32,000 nt of DNA from Wolbachia endosymbiont of Cimex lectularius (GCF_000829315.1 NZ_AP013028.1:870001-902000), one strand, 5' to 3'. Shown: positions 1 to 11,973, counted from the first letter of the stretch. The notes: a model not told the origin generated them from the sequence alone. Numbers and translations: made by a program.

Positions 1-115
1 GATCCAGCCTTTCCATAATCATTAAAACGTCGTATTTTAACATAAAACAGCTACTTTTATACTCACCAACTTAATAAAATTCCTGGATGCCAGTGTCAAG
101 CACTGGCATGACACC
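1..115. repeat. Dispersed intergenic repeat containing a perfect 9-bp-stem hairpin; near-identical copy at 13250-13364
   Basis: gatccagcctttccataatcat...ctggatgccagtgtcaagcactggcatgacacc occurs in both places with very few differences; ATGCCAGTG-TCAAG-CACTGGCAT forms a stem-loop at 87-109. Confidence 0.9.
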
Positions 116-157
116 CTAGTGGTAGGCTCAAATCACAATGTTCATACAGTTGTGTGC

Positions 158-215
158 TTGACACTGGCATCCAATATACTACTTTAGTAGTAAATATTTA
201 AGAAATTTACTAGAT
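158..215. repeat. Partial copy of the 5' end of the ~480-bp non-coding repeat family
   Basis: gacactggcatccaatatactactttagtagtaaatatttaagaaatttac resembles 8801-8853 and 13725-13773. Confidence 0.7.
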
Positions 216-347
216 TGTGATTGTAATTTTATGATGATTTTAATACTTAATATAAATATTCTAAAAGTTATATAAGAATTAATTAATATATAATGTACCT
301 CAGATATAATGTTGTACAAAAGTATACATATTCAATAAAATATTAAC

Positions 348-3300
348 ATGAAAAGCTTGCTTATAGAGAGGAATAGGACAGTAATATTATTGCTTATAGT
401 GATTTTTATTTTTGGTTTATACTCCTATATAAAAATGCCAAGGGAAAGCAACCCAGATATACAAATTCCTGTAATCAGTGTGTTTGTTGGACTTCCTGGA
501 ATTTCTGTTGAAGATAGTGAGAAGTTATTAGCTATTCCGATAGAAAATGAACTGAGGTCCATAAAGGAGTTAAGGAGCTAAAGGCCCTAGCGACTAATGA
601 TGGCGCTCATATAATACTTGAATTCGGTACAGAGTATAGTAACAAGGAAGTGCTCGATAACGTCCGTTCAAAGCTTTCAAATATAAAATCGAAGTTACCT
701 GCTGAAGCGGAGTCTCCGATAATCAGTGAAATAAACTTAAGCTTATTTCCTATATTAAATGTTGGATTGGTTGGTCATTTACCAGAAAGGGCTGTGACCG
801 ATATAGCGCGTAAGTTAAAAAAAGGAATAGAATCTCTGCCAAATGTCCTTAAGGTTGAAGTGGCGGGCGTACGTAAGGAAACGATAGAAGTGATAATTGA
901 GCCCACAATACTAACGAAATACAACATTCAATCAGGTGAAATATTTCATGCTATATCAAGCAATAACAGATTAGTAGGAGCCGGATCGTTTGACAATGAC
1001 ACAGGCAAATACTCAATTAAAGTGTCAGGATTATTAAAAGATATAGAAGATATTATGAACATTCCTGTTAGGTCTCAAGGCGATGCAGTTTTGAGAATAA
1101 AGGATGTGGCAAAGGTGTATCCTAGATTTGAAGATTATGAAGGATTTGCTCGCATCAACGGGCTGTCTAGTGTTGTGTTAGAAGTTTCAAAACGTAATGG
1201 AAAGAACATAATAGATACAGTAAATCAGGTGAAATACCTAATAGATAAGGCAAAAGACCAATTACCTGAAAATCTAAAAGTGGTGTATTTAAACGACCAG
1301 TCAAAAAATGTCCGCAATGTGCTTGATGACCTCAAGAACGGCATAATATTTGCTGTGTTGTTGATATTAATTATAATAATACTCTCTATGGGTACAAGGA
1401 CGGCTATTCTTGTGGCACTTTCGATACCTGGCTCCTTTCTTGTTGGAATAATAGCTCTTTACTTCATGGGCATAACCTTAAATATTGTTGTGCTCTTCAG
1501 TTTAATTATGGCAGTTGGCATGTTGGTTGATGACGCAATCGTAGTTAGTGAATATGCTGATAGAAAGATGATTTATGGAATGGACAAGGTAGAAGCCTTT
1601 CACACTTCAGTTCGTGATATGTTTTCTCCAGTTCTATCATCGACATTAACTAAATTGGCAGTGTTTTTCCCTCTGTTATTTTGGCCTGATATGATTGGTA
1701 AGTTTATGCAGTATATACCAATCACAATAATTTTAACTTTGACCGGTTCGCTCATCATGGCTTTGGTTTTCATACCAACACTCGGTGCAATGTTTGGTAG
1801 GCCCTCGGTAATTTCGAAAGAAGAAGTTGAAAAAATGAACGCGATAGAAAGTGGTGAGATAAAGAATACTGGACCTATGATAAGAGCTTACGTACGTACA
1901 CTGGAGAAAGTTTTAGATCATCCTAAAAAATTTGTGTGTGCTACTATATTAGTTTTGCTCTCGTTTAGTATATTATATTTCACCTTTAGCCCTGGAGTAA
2001 AGTTTTTCCCGAAAGTGGATTCAGATAATATTCTAATTAGTGTTAAAGCAAAGGAAAGTTTATCAGCCAAGGAACGAGACCTGATACTAAAAGAAGTGGA
2101 AGAGCGCATCTCGGGCATCAAAAAAGAAATTCATGCTTCTTATGCTAAATCAGAAACATTCTCAGATAACGTTATTACTGAAATCCAACTAGAACTTGTG
2201 GATTGGCGCTTTAGGCGCAAGGTTAGGCACATATTAAATGATATAAGAAGTAGCGTGCAAGATATGAAAGGAGTGATAATCGATATTCAAGAAGAAAATT
2301 CAGGACCGTCAGCCAACAAACCAATACAAATTAATCTCAGCGGGGATGAATCTAGCCTGGATTTAGCAGCAGAGCAAATTCTAAAAATTATGGATCAACC
2401 TTCATCAGGATTTATCAATATTCAAGATAGCAGATCAACACCTGAAATAGAGTGGAATATGAATATTGATAAAAGTAAGGCTGCAAGCTCTGGAGTAAGT
2501 GTTGCAACCATTGGCGATTTTATAAAAATGGTCACAAGTGGAGTATTAATCGGAAAATACAGATCAAATAATCTGGACCAAGAAATAGATATTATACTCC
2601 GTTTTCCCGAGCGAGATCGTAACATGAAGACTATAGAGAACCTTTTTATTAATACAGTTAATGGTCCGTATCCTATGAGCAATATAGTAAAATACGTTCC
2701 CAAAAAAAAGATAAACAAGCTAAGTAGGATTAACGGATCACGCACAGTAACAATCTCTGCTGATGTTGATCCTGGGTATCTGGTTGACGAAAGAGTTAAG
2801 TTCATTCAAGATTCGATTGTTCAAGATTGGGACAAGAGAGTACAAATTGATTTTAAAGGCGATAAAGAAGATCAACAAAAATCAGAAGCCTTTTTGCTGA
2901 AGGCTTTTATATTGGCAATTACATTAATGATTTTGGTATTAGTGACACAATTCAATAGTGTATATCACACATTCATTGTAATGACGGCAGTATTTTTATC
3001 TACCACATATGTATTTTTTGTTTTCTTTCTTGTCCATAAAGTTTTTGTAGTTGTTATGTGCGGGGTAGGAATAATTGCTTTAGCAGGAATTATAGTAAAT
3101 AATAATATATTATTACTTGACGCTTTTCATCACCAAATTGAAGTATACAAAGATGACGTTAAGCGATGTGTAATAAATGCTTCGATTTCTCGCATTAGGC
3201 CAATATTGCTTACTGTTGCAACCACAGTTCTTGGCTTAATACCGATGATTACTAAGCTAAACATCAATTTTTTCACGTTACAAATCACGTATGATGCTCC

Positions 3301-3421
3301 ATCAAGCCAGTGGTGGGTTGACATTTCAATCACCATAGCATGTGGAATGTTAGCTGCGACGGTTCTAACCTTATTTTTTACTCCGGCGTTACTTATGATG
3401 CAAAGACATGAAAAAACTTGA
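348..3421 (+). pseudogene. RND (AcrB/HAE1-like) efflux transporter, split by a frameshift near 575
   Basis: ORF 348-581 has a typical RND N-terminus (MKSLLIERNRTVILLLIVIFIFGLYSYIKMPRESNPDIQIPVISV...IENELRSIKEL); ORF 650-3421 has RND motifs (GMLVDDAIVVSEYADR, GIIVNNNILLLD). The second frame reads E-L-K-A-L-A-T-N-D-G-A-H-I-I-L-E-F from 575, so a 1-nt shift joins the two parts. Confidence 0.88.
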
Positions 3422-3508
3422 CTTAAATTAGTAATTATTTAATATTAAAAATAGTGTTCTTTGCCCGTTGAAGCTATAATTATAACTAATTGTATAGGAT
3501 TTATTTGT

Positions 3509-5071
3509 ATGATTGCTAACCGAAAAAGCAGTGTTAAACAGAAAAGTGACAAAAATAACTTAGTTGGAAGCATTAACATAATAAAAACAGCAGGAGAGCT
3601 TTCACTTCAAAAAGGTCTAGATTTTGAAGTGGTAATGAAGGCATTAGAAAGTGCCATAGAAGCAGTGGCTCATCAAAAATATGGTAGTAAAAGTAAGGTT
3701 ACAGTCAACATAGATAGAAACACAGGCAAAGTTACTGCATATAGAGAATTAAGGGTTATTAGTGATGAACCAAATGAAGAAGAGAATGCTGGATATGAAT
3801 CAATTACTCTTACACAAGCTAAGTTAATAAGAGAAGATGCAAAAATTGGAGATACTGTTAATGAATTGCTTTCTCTCAGCACTGATCTTGCTTCAGCAAG
3901 AATTGCCCAACAAAGAATTGCTCAGGTGATTAAATATAAAGAATCGAAAAAGCAATATGAGGAATTTAAGGATAAGGTCGGAGAAATAAGATATGGTATT
4001 GTTAAACAAGTGGAGTATTCAGACCTGATCATAGACATAAATGGCGCTAGGGCATACCTTCCATTGCGAAATTTAATCGGTGGTGAATCATTTCGCGAAG
4101 GCGATAAGATTAAAGCTTACATACAAACTGTTAAGCGTTCTGATGATGGACGTCAAATTATTCTTTCTAGGGCCCATGAAGGCTTTTTGGAAGCACTATT
4201 AAATCAAGAGATACCGGAAATTGCTGACGGGTTAGTAACAGTTAAAGGTATAGCTAGAGATGCTGGTTCAAGGTCTAAAGTTGCTGTTTTCTCTCCTGAT
4301 AAAAACATCGACCCAGTAGGTGCTTGTGTTGGAGTTAAGGGGGATAGGATAAAAACCATCATACATGAATTAAATGGAGAAAAAATTGATGTCATACATT
4401 ACTTTTCAGACCTGGGCCAATTTGTTATCAAAGCAATTACTCCTGCAGAAGTATCGAAGGTTATTATTGATGAAAATGAAAATTGTGTAGAATTAATAGT
4501 TGCTGAAGATCAATTAAGCTTAGCTATAGGAAAAAAAGGTCAAAATGTAAGATTAGCCTCAGAGCTTGTTGGATGGAAAATTGAGATACTAAGCACTCAG
4601 CAAGAATCAGAAAGGCGGAGTAGAGAACTCAGTCAGTGTTCAGCTTTATTTGCTGAAGCTCTAAATTTAGAGGAGATTATGGGGCAGTTGTTAGTCACAG
4701 AGGGTTTTTCAAGCGTAGAGGACATATCCAATGCTTCAATTAAAGAGCTTGCTTCGATAGAAGGCTTTAACGAAGATATTGCGAGTGAATTGCACAGCAG
4801 AGCAAATAAATATCTAAAAGCAGAAAATGACAAAAAAATAGAAGAGTTAAGAAGTTTAGGTATGGAAGACGATGTAATCAATTTACCTTTATCAATAGAC
4901 GATAAAATTGCTCTTAGTAAACATGGTATTAAAACTCTAGGAGATGTGGCAGATTTGTCAAGCTATGAATTTTATGGTATACTCTCCTCTTCAGCAAGTG
5001 GTAAAGAGGATTTAAAAGACACAATAGACTCAATAATCATGGAAGCTCGTAAGAAGCTTGGGATAATATAG
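3509..5071 (+). CDS. nusA: Transcription termination/antitermination factor NusA
   Basis: S1/KH-type NusA sequence ([69 protein letters not shown]; [23 protein letters not shown]). Immediately upstream of infB. The track starts at a TTG at 3461; the ATG at 3509 looks more likely. Confidence 0.95.
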   Translation: MIANRKSSVKQKSDKNNLVGSINIIKTAGELSLQKGLDFEVVMKALESAIEAVAHQKYGSKSKVTVNIDRNTGKVTAYRELRVISDEPNEEENAGYESITLTQAKLIREDAKIGDTVNELLSLSTDLASARIAQQRIAQVIKYKESKKQYEEFKDKVGEIRYGIVKQVEYSDLIIDINGARAYLPLRNLIGGESFREGDKIKAYIQTVKRSDDGRQIILSRAHEGFLEALLNQEIPEIADGLVTVKGIARDAGSRSKVAVFSPDKNIDPVGACVGVKGDRIKTIIHELNGEKIDVIHYFSDLGQFVIKAITPAEVSKVIIDENENCVELIVAEDQLSLAIGKKGQNVRLASELVGWKIEILSTQQESERRSRELSQCSALFAEALNLEEIMGQLLVTEGFSSVEDISNASIKELASIEGFNEDIASELHSRANKYLKAENDKKIEELRSLGMEDDVINLPLSIDDKIALSKHGIKTLGDVADLSSYEFYGILSSSASGKEDLKDTIDSIIMEARKKLGII

Positions 5072-5079
5072 CAAAATGT

Positions 5080-7398
5080 ATGAATAACGAAGATATCAGT
5101 AGTAAAAAACTAACGCTTCAAGGTTTTAACAAACTTAAGTTGGGTCTTGATTTGAACTCTTCAGCGAGTCCAAGTACGAGAGCTACAATAGTAAAAAAAA
5201 GGAGAAGAAAACCTCATGAGCCAGAAGAACAAGATGGAAGTAAATTAGGCTCCTTGACAGAAAAAGAGCAAATCTTCCGTATTAATGCTGTACAGAATGC
5301 TGCTTTGTTAAAAGAAAAGAATCTAAAAGAAGAAAAAAAGGCAGTAGTAAAAGAAGACAATGATGAAAAGTTTGATGATGAAGATGGTGCTTCAGATGCC
5401 TCGTTTAAAGAAATCGAAGAAAAAGCTTCAAGTGGTGTTAGCCCAGCTAAGCCAACGGAGGGTGGAATTGACGATGAAGATGATGATAAAAAACCTTTAA
5501 AGGCTAACAAAGATATATATTCTAAGCACTCCAAGCTGATAATCGCGCAATCAATAGATGATAAAATTGAACAATCCCCTGCGTTTAAGCAAAGATTTGG
5601 TATAAGAAATAGAAAATCGAAATTCACCAAAGGTAAAAACATATCAAGAGAAGTTATTATACCAGATGAAATTACAATCAGAGAATTATCCGTTCGTATG
5701 GCAGAGGACAGCAAAGATGTGTTAAGAATGTTGAAAGAAGAAGTTGGTGAGAGTTACAGAGTGGATGATTTGGTGGATCCGGATATAGCATGTGAAATAG
5801 TGGAAAAATTTAATCATACAGCTAAACGAGTGAGCGATGCTAACAAGGAAAAGGATTTACTTTTCATAGAGGACAGAGAAAGCTTGCCTAAAAAACCTAA
5901 GCCGCCAGTTGTCACTTTTATGGGACATGTTGATCATGGTAAAACCTCATTGCTCGATGCGTTTCGTGAATCTAATATTGCAGAAAGAGAGTCAGGTGGA
6001 ATAACTCAACATATAGGTGCTTACCAGGTAGTTACAAAGGATAAGCAAAGAATTACTTTCATTGACACACCAGGACATGAGGCGTTCACTGCAATGCGTG
6101 CATGTGGTGCCAACATCACTAATATAGTTGTAATAGTGATCGCGGCCGACGACGGAGTGATGAAACAAACGATTGAGGCAATAAATCATGCAAAGGCAGC
6201 AAATGTTTCTATTATAGTTGCTATTAATAAAATCGATAAATTGCAGTCTAATGATATAGAAAGGGTAATTAGTAGTTTACCTCAATATGACCTCATTCCT
6301 GAAGAACTTGGTGGTGATGTTATGGTTGTGCCAGTATCGGCAAAAAAGAAAATCAACCTAGACAAACTAGAAGAGGCGATTTTGTTAATTGCTGATTTAA
6401 TGAAGCTTGAAGCGATAGAGGATTGTCGAGCATTTGGGTGGGTGATAGAATCTAAAATAGATAAAGCCAAGGGAATATCAGCTACGTTAATAGTTGAGGA
6501 AGGAACGCTGAAGGTTGGTGATATGTTGGTGGTTGGTACGACATATGGAAAAGTACGTAGTATGGTTAATCATCTTGGTCAAAGGGAAAAGATGGCTCCA
6601 CCTTCTACTCCAATTGAGATCACTAGTCTAAACGGTGTGCCAGATGCTGGAGATAAATTTGTTGTTGTAAATTCTGAAAGGCAGGCACGTGAAGTCGTTG
6701 AATACAGATTAGAGCTGATCAAGAGAAAAGAGGAGGATTCAAGCAATAGTGATTTAGACATGTTCAGTCGTAATGACAGTGAAACAGAAGAGTTACCTGT
6801 AGTTTTGAAATGTGATGTAACTGGTTCTATCGAAGCAATATCAAGTTCAATTGATAAACTTGGTAAAGATCAAGTGAAATTAAATATCCTACACAAGGCG
6901 GTGGGGGGCATAACAGACTCAGATGTGCTGCTTGCAGAAGCGTCGAGAGCAGTAATTTTGGCGTTCAATGTCAAAGTGGATTCAAAAATAAGGGATTTGG
7001 CAAAACACAAAGGTGTAGAAATACGTACTTATAACGTAATATACGAACTTATTGACAGTATGAAAATGTGCTTGACTAAAATGTTAAAGCCTGTAACACG
7101 AGAAGTGCGTATTGGTTCTGTATCTGTGAGACAGATATTTAATGTATCTAAAGCTGGTAATATTATTGGATGTTATGTAAGTAATGGAATTGTAAAAAAA
7201 GATTCTTTAATTAAGGTAATGCGCAACAGTAAATTAATATATGAAGGAAAATTGAAAGCTTTGCGTAGATTTAAGGATGATGTTAAGGAAGTAGGTACAA
7301 ACTTTGAATGTGGAATGTCTCTAGATGGTGATGCCGATATTAAGGTTGGAGATATTCTGGAAGTTTATCAATTAGTGCAGGAAGAAAGGGTATTATAG
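5080..7398 (+). CDS. infB: Translation initiation factor IF-2
   Basis: GTPase motifs [47 protein letters not shown]; charged N-terminal region; domain IV at the C-terminus. Confidence 0.98.
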   Translation: MNNEDISSKKLTLQGFNKLKLGLDLNSSASPSTRATIVKKRRRKPHEPEEQDGSKLGSLTEKEQIFRINAVQNAALLKEKNLKEEKKAVVKEDNDEKFDDEDGASDASFKEIEEKASSGVSPAKPTEGGIDDEDDDKKPLKANKDIYSKHSKLIIAQSIDDKIEQSPAFKQRFGIRNRKSKFTKGKNISREVIIPDEITIRELSVRMAEDSKDVLRMLKEEVGESYRVDDLVDPDIACEIVEKFNHTAKRVSDANKEKDLLFIEDRESLPKKPKPPVVTFMGHVDHGKTSLLDAFRESNIAERESGGITQHIGAYQVVTKDKQRITFIDTPGHEAFTAMRACGANITNIVVIVIAADDGVMKQTIEAINHAKAANVSIIVAINKIDKLQSNDIERVISSLPQYDLIPEELGGDVMVVPVSAKKKINLDKLEEAILLIADLMKLEAIEDCRAFGWVIESKIDKAKGISATLIVEEGTLKVGDMLVVGTTYGKVRSMVNHLGQREKMAPPSTPIEITSLNGVPDAGDKFVVVNSERQAREVVEYRLELIKRKEEDSSNSDLDMFSRNDSETEELPVVLKCDVTGSIEAISSSIDKLGKDQVKLNILHKAVGGITDSDVLLAEASRAVILAFNVKVDSKIRDLAKHKGVEIRTYNVIYELIDSMKMCLTKMLKPVTREVRIGSVSVRQIFNVSKAGNIIGCYVSNGIVKKDSLIKVMRNSKLIYEGKLKALRRFKDDVKEVGTNFECGMSLDGDADIKVGDILEVYQLVQEERVL

Positions 7399-7399
7399 T

Positions 7400-7744
7400 A
7401 TGAAAAAAGAAATCAGGAGCCTAAAAATAGCATCTGTACTGCATAGAGCAATGTCCAGAGTCTTAATGGAAGGTAAGGCATTCAATAAAAATGTAGTGGT
7501 ATCTGAAGTAAAGTTAAGTAAAGACTTAAAAAAAGCAGATGTATATGTAGTGCTATCTTCATTAAGTGAAAAAGATTGTGATATTAGCACTATTATTGAT
7601 GAAATCAACCAATCTGCATGGTTGATACACAAATCCATATTGTGTTATGTTGATTTGCGGTTTGTACCCAAGTTAGTTTTCAAAACTGATTTAGCATTCG
7701 ATAATTTTGTTAATGTAAGCAAAATACTAAGTAATCATACTTAA
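7400..7744 (+). CDS. rbfA: Ribosome-binding factor A
   Basis: 114-aa KH-like protein (RSLKIASVLHRAMSRVLMEGKAF...LKKADVYVVLSS...LRFVPKLVFKTD) directly downstream of infB. Confidence 0.9.
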   Translation: MKKEIRSLKIASVLHRAMSRVLMEGKAFNKNVVVSEVKLSKDLKKADVYVVLSSLSEKDCDISTIIDEINQSAWLIHKSILCYVDLRFVPKLVFKTDLAFDNFVNVSKILSNHT

Positions 7745-8604
7745 TGATGCATTTCAATCATTACTTTTCATTGATGAGGTTGCACAGTTTAACAGGTTTT
7801 TGGCTTGTATTATTCCCTAGTTTAAGTGGTATTATTCTAGCCTCAGCTTCTCTATCTTGGCAGGCTTTTTTTCTCCTTATTTTGTTTACTATAGGCGCAT
7901 TCTTGATGAGACCTGCGGGTTGTATAATCAATGATATTTTCGATAAAGAAATAGATGCGCATGTTGAACGAACAAAATATAGGCCACTTGCAAGTGGTGC
8001 ACTAAACGTAAAGCAAGCTTTGATTTTACTTTCTCTGTTACTGTCCATTGCACTAGTAATCCTATTGCTCACCAATAAAACTACACTTATACTTGGGGTA
8101 ATCTCAATGTGTATGATAATTATTTACCCTTTACTAAAGCGTTACGTTTGGTGGCCACAATTGTTTTTAGGGTTTACTTTTAATATGGGATCGCTCCTAG
8201 GTTGGGCGGCAGTAAAGAACCAGATTAGTATAGAACCTATGCTCTTTTATGCAGGATGTATTTTTTGGACACTGAGTTACGACACCATATACGCTCATCA
8301 AGATAAAAGAGATGATGAAAAACTCGGAATGAAATCAACAGCACTGTATTTTGGTGATACAACAAAATCTTGGCTAAAAAGGTTTCATTTAATATCTCTT
8401 ATGATGTGGCTATATGCCGGTATCTTATCATCATTGAATAACATTTTCTATATCGCTTTACTTGCTGTAGGGGTCATGTTTCATTACCAATATAAAAATC
8501 TCAACCCCGACGACTCCAGTCAATGCATGTCCATATTTAAAAATAACTCCTATGTAGGACTATTGCTTTTTCTCAGCATTCTTTTAGATAGAGTTGTAAA
8601 CTGA
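7744..8604 (+). CDS. ubiA: 4-hydroxybenzoate octaprenyltransferase, UbiA family
   Basis: CIINDIFDKEIDAHVERTKYRPLASGALN (NDxxDxxxD) and YDTIYAHQDKRDDEKLGMKSTALYFG (DxxxD-type) motifs in a multi-TM protein; overlaps the rbfA stop codon. Confidence 0.95.
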   Translation: MMHFNHYFSLMRLHSLTGFWLVLFPSLSGIILASASLSWQAFFLLILFTIGAFLMRPAGCIINDIFDKEIDAHVERTKYRPLASGALNVKQALILLSLLLSIALVILLLTNKTTLILGVISMCMIIIYPLLKRYVWWPQLFLGFTFNMGSLLGWAAVKNQISIEPMLFYAGCIFWTLSYDTIYAHQDKRDDEKLGMKSTALYFGDTTKSWLKRFHLISLMMWLYAGILSSLNNIFYIALLAVGVMFHYQYKNLNPDDSSQCMSIFKNNSYVGLLLFLSILLDRVVN

Positions 8605-8698
8605 AATACGACTAATTAAGAAAGGCTGCCCCGAAGGAGTTTAGAGACACCGGGGAAGACTTTGTTGGAGCTATCTATAGAAAAATCTATAGCTTATA

Positions 8699-8760
8699 CC
8701 AATGGTAATAGGACAAATTAAATTGCCAGTCAACAATGGTGTCATTCCAGCGCTCCCTCC
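8699..8760. repeat. Short intergenic repeat, shared with 12877-12938
   Basis: ccaatggtaataggacaaattaaattgccagtcaacaatggt...gcgc/gcctcc is nearly identical over 62 nt. Confidence 0.85.
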
Positions 8761-8790
8761 TTCTGTCATCCAAGCGCCTCCTTTTTTGTT

Positions 8791-9270
8791 ATCCAAGTAG
8801 CTGACACTTGCATCTAGGATACTACTTTGGTAATAAATATTTAAGAAATTTACCGAGTGAGAAAAAAGCAAAGGAAGCCCCATGTTAGCTAGTTATTTAC
8901 TTTTGTGTCGAAATATCGGCGTTTTTTTTATTCTAAACGCTTGACGAATGCGACTTAGCTGCAAACGTTTAAAAAATTTACTAAACAGAAAAAAAAGCAA
9001 AAAAAACCCCGGTAGCTAGTTATTTACTATCTATCCTATAATATTGGCGTTTTTTTATGTTTTAAATGACTTATAAGCGCGTTTGAGCTTGTATAGGTAA
9101 AGAACCAGAAGTTTTAAAAAGACATACGGTGCACATAGTGCGAAAAATTAAACATGAGACGCCAGATATACTAAGTTTTTTTGTCATTTAATCTGCACAG
9201 ACTGAAGATAAATAATAGCTTCAATCTTATAATAATGGGTTTGGCGAAAGTTGTCAAGCAGTTTTTTTTA
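8791..9270 (+). repeat. ~480-bp non-coding dispersed repeat, copy A, with internal imperfect duplication (~127-bp period)
   Basis: Collinear similarity with 13712-14200, including gacttataagcgcgttt.agcttgtataggtaaa..accagaagtttttaaaaagac, ggtgcacatagtgc and aaacatgagacgcca; no coding ORF. Confidence 0.85.
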
Positions 9271-9284
9271 TTTCTGATCTCAAA

Positions 9285-10400
9285 CTACGGACCTTCTCGC
9301 GGATAAAATCGAGAGCTTAGCCTCAAGTCTTTTGCAGACGTTATAGAGCTAAGTAGTAGTCCTACGCATATTAAGCTTGCAGCAGTTGTGCTTCCTCCAT
9401 AGGATAGAAATGGCAACGGATCACCTATTACGGGTAAAAGACCGATTGTCATTCCGATGTTTATGGCGAAATGAACGCCAAAAAAGGCAAAAATCCCGAT
9501 AGATACCAACTTAGAAAAATAATTTCTTGATCTATAAGCAATAGAGAATATTATAGCAAACAGCGTAGTATAGAGGAAAACCAAAACCATGCTACCTAAA
9601 AACCCCCATTCCTCGCCAAGCACCGCAAAAGCAAAATCTGTGCGCTTTTCCGGTAAAAACCCAAGCTGAGTTTGACTTCCATTAACAAAGCCTTTGCCAA
9701 GCAAACCTCCTGAACCTATAGCTATCTGGGATTGCTGCGCATTATAGCCTATTCCAAGAGGATCCACTGATGAATCTAAAAACGACAGTATCCTTTGCTT
9801 GTGATAAGGGCGTAAAAAAGGCCAGATAGTTGGTATTACAAGAATGCCAATCGTTCCAAAAACTATCAAATGAGATCTTTTGATTATTGCTGTGAATATA
9901 ATCGATGCTCCTATAAATAACATTATCACGGCCGTGCCTAAATTAGGCTGCTTTAGTACCAAGAATACAGGTAAGAAAATAATTATAAATGCCTTAAATA
10001 ACCTTTGAAATTCCATCATTTTATACACACTTTGCTTATTAAAATAACGAGCAAGTGCAAGTATTAAGCCTACTTTTGCGAACTCTGACGGTTGCAAACT
10101 AATTGGCCCAATTCTTATCCACCTTGTTGCACCCATTATGTGCGAACCAAAAAAGTTTACTAACAGCAGCGAAGTTACTGCTGCTATATAAAAAAGGTAG
10201 GCGTACTTCAAATAAAAATCTATCTCTATGAATGACATAGCTATAGCCAATAGAAAAAAGAAAGAGAACACAACTAGTTGATGAATCGCAAATGGCATCC
10301 ACTTTCCTCCAGCAGAAGAATATTGAACAACAATGCCAACGCAAAACAGCGCTATTATGTTAATGATCAACAATAAGTAAATCTTCTTTGGCCTACCCAC
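9285..10400 (-). CDS. rodA: Rod-shape determining protein RodA (SEDS family)
   Basis: SEDS sequence (GATRWIRIGPISLQPSEFAKVGLILALARYF; LPFLSYGGSTTAASLICVGLLLS; LPEKRTDFAFAVLGEEWGFLG). Confidence 0.93.
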   Translation of the reverse strand: MGRPKKIYLLLIINIIALFCVGIVVQYSSAGGKWMPFAIHQLVVFSFFFLLAIAMSFIEIDFYLKYAYLFYIAAVTSLLLVNFFGSHIMGATRWIRIGPISLQPSEFAKVGLILALARYFNKQSVYKMMEFQRLFKAFIIIFLPVFLVLKQPNLGTAVIMLFIGASIIFTAIIKRSHLIVFGTIGILVIPTIWPFLRPYHKQRILSFLDSSVDPLGIGYNAQQSQIAIGSGGLLGKGFVNGSQTQLGFLPEKRTDFAFAVLGEEWGFLGSMVLVFLYTTLFAIIFSIAYRSRNYFSKLVSIGIFAFFGVHFAINIGMTIGLLPVIGDPLPFLSYGGSTTAASLICVGLLLSSITSAKDLRLSSRFYPREGP

Positions 10401-10442
10401 AACAAGAACTTTATAACCTTGAAGTATAATAAGAAATGAAAA

Positions 10443-11909
10443 TCAAAAAGCCAACTTTTCAACTACTAACCAAATTGGAGTACTGTATACTCCTGTTACT
10501 ACTGTTAAAGCTGCCATGAGTAACAGACAGAAAAGCATAGGTAGCGGTACTTTATCAACAGATCCAGGTGCCATTTCAGCGTGTGATGCTGCATCATTTC
10601 CAAAATACATTTTCTCTACCATCTTCCACATATATATTAGCGCAAGGAAAGAACCAGCAGCAAAAACTATAAGGGAAATCCACGCGTGAGATTCAATAAT
10701 TGCTTTCATCATATACCACTTACTTACAAAGCCGCTTGTTAAAGGCACACCGATCAATGCTAAACTAAGTAGAGTAAATGCAAGTGTTGTATGAGGCATC
10801 GATTTCTTGAGTCCTGACAAATTCTCTACTTTTGTTGAATCAAATTTGTAAGAAACACATCCTACAGCCATGAATAAAGATGTTTTTATTATGCTGTGGT
10901 TTATTATGTGAAGGATTGCTGCAAATAAGCCTGCTTTTGAGTTTAGACCCAGCATTAAAACTATATAACCAATCTGGCTGACGCTAGAGTTAGCAAGCAA
11001 CCTTTTCATGTCTTTCGCGGTCATTGCAAATATTGACCCAAATACAATAGCACAAAATGCAAGGATAATTATCACATTGTTCAATGGTGGTTTAAATAAA
11101 AAAAAGTTTTGATGGAAAACAGTATAGAAGATTCTGATAAAAACATATATTATCACTTTGGTCACTGCGCCTGAAAAGAATATACTAATGAAACTTGGTG
11201 CCTCACTATATGAATTAACTAGCCATCTACTCAATGGAAACAGTGCTATTTTGATTGAGAGGCCAACAAAAATGAACAACGTGCCAAGCTTTACGATGTT
11301 ATTATCATACAGCGGTACTATCCTCTCGGCCATGTCAGACATATTGAGTGTTCCTGTCATAGAATACAAAAGCCCGATTCCAAACAAGTAAAACGTTGCG
11401 CCTATTGTTCCACTAATCAGATATTCAAATGCTGCAACCAGAGCTTCTTTATCCCTTCCCATTGAAACTAGTATGTAAGAAGAAAGAGACGAAATTTCCA
11501 AAAAAACGTAAAGATTGAATATGTCGTTTGTTACTAAAATCCCAAGTAGCCCGCTTAAGCACAACAGGAACAAAGAATAAAAACCGGTGATTTTGTTTTT
11601 GCTGATCTCTTTTTCATTGATATAAAAGCTATAAAGCACACTTATCAGTGCTATAAAATTCACTAGAGTTAGAATCAAGGAGTTTAATATATCGATTCTT
11701 AACTCTATTCCGTATGGAGGAGCCCAATCTCCAAGGTAATAAGTTATAATTTCACCATTATACGTTTTCATGAGTAGTATTGATGAAATAAAAAAAGTAG
11801 CTGCCGTTGTGGCAAAAGAAATAGACCAGGATACTTTATGTTTCCTAGTAAGGAAGCAAAACATCGATGCAATTATTGGTATGATAACTTGTAAAATTGG
11901 TAATTGCAT
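10443..11909 (-). CDS. Proton-conducting membrane transporter, MrpD/MnhD-like (NuoN/NuoM superfamily)
   Basis: Multi-TM protein with LVTNDIFNLYVFLEISSLSSYILVSMG, YLISGTIGATFYLFGIGLLYSMTGTLNM and FLSGAVTKVIIYVFIRI-type blocks typical of antiporter-like subunits. Confidence 0.85.
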   Translation of the reverse strand: MQLPILQVIIPIIASMFCFLTRKHKVSWSISFATTAATFFISSILLMKTYNGEIITYYLGDWAPPYGIELRIDILNSLILTLVNFIALISVLYSFYINEKEISKNKITGFYSLFLLCLSGLLGILVTNDIFNLYVFLEISSLSSYILVSMGRDKEALVAAFEYLISGTIGATFYLFGIGLLYSMTGTLNMSDMAERIVPLYDNNIVKLGTLFIFVGLSIKIALFPLSRWLVNSYSEAPSFISIFFSGAVTKVIIYVFIRIFYTVFHQNFFLFKPPLNNVIIILAFCAIVFGSIFAMTAKDMKRLLANSSVSQIGYIVLMLGLNSKAGLFAAILHIINHSIIKTSLFMAVGCVSYKFDSTKVENLSGLKKSMPHTTLAFTLLSLALIGVPLTSGFVSKWYMMKAIIESHAWISLIVFAAGSFLALIYMWKMVEKMYFGNDAASHAEMAPGSVDKVPLPMLFCLLLMAALTVVTGVYSTPIWLVVEKLAF

Positions 11910-11973
11910 TAAATTGTTGTTAATGGACTGTTAAAGTATTAGTATATATAATACTTTTTGTTTTAATACCCTT

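Noticed and set aside
8671-8883. 70-aa minus-strand ORF next to ubiA
   Set aside because: It spans the boundary of the dispersed repeats; not a plausible gene.
10099-10344. Plus/minus short ORFs antisense to or overlapping rodA, mrpD-like, nusA, infB, htpG and RND genes
   Set aside because: All lie within strong coding genes on the opposite strand or another frame and show no domain features.
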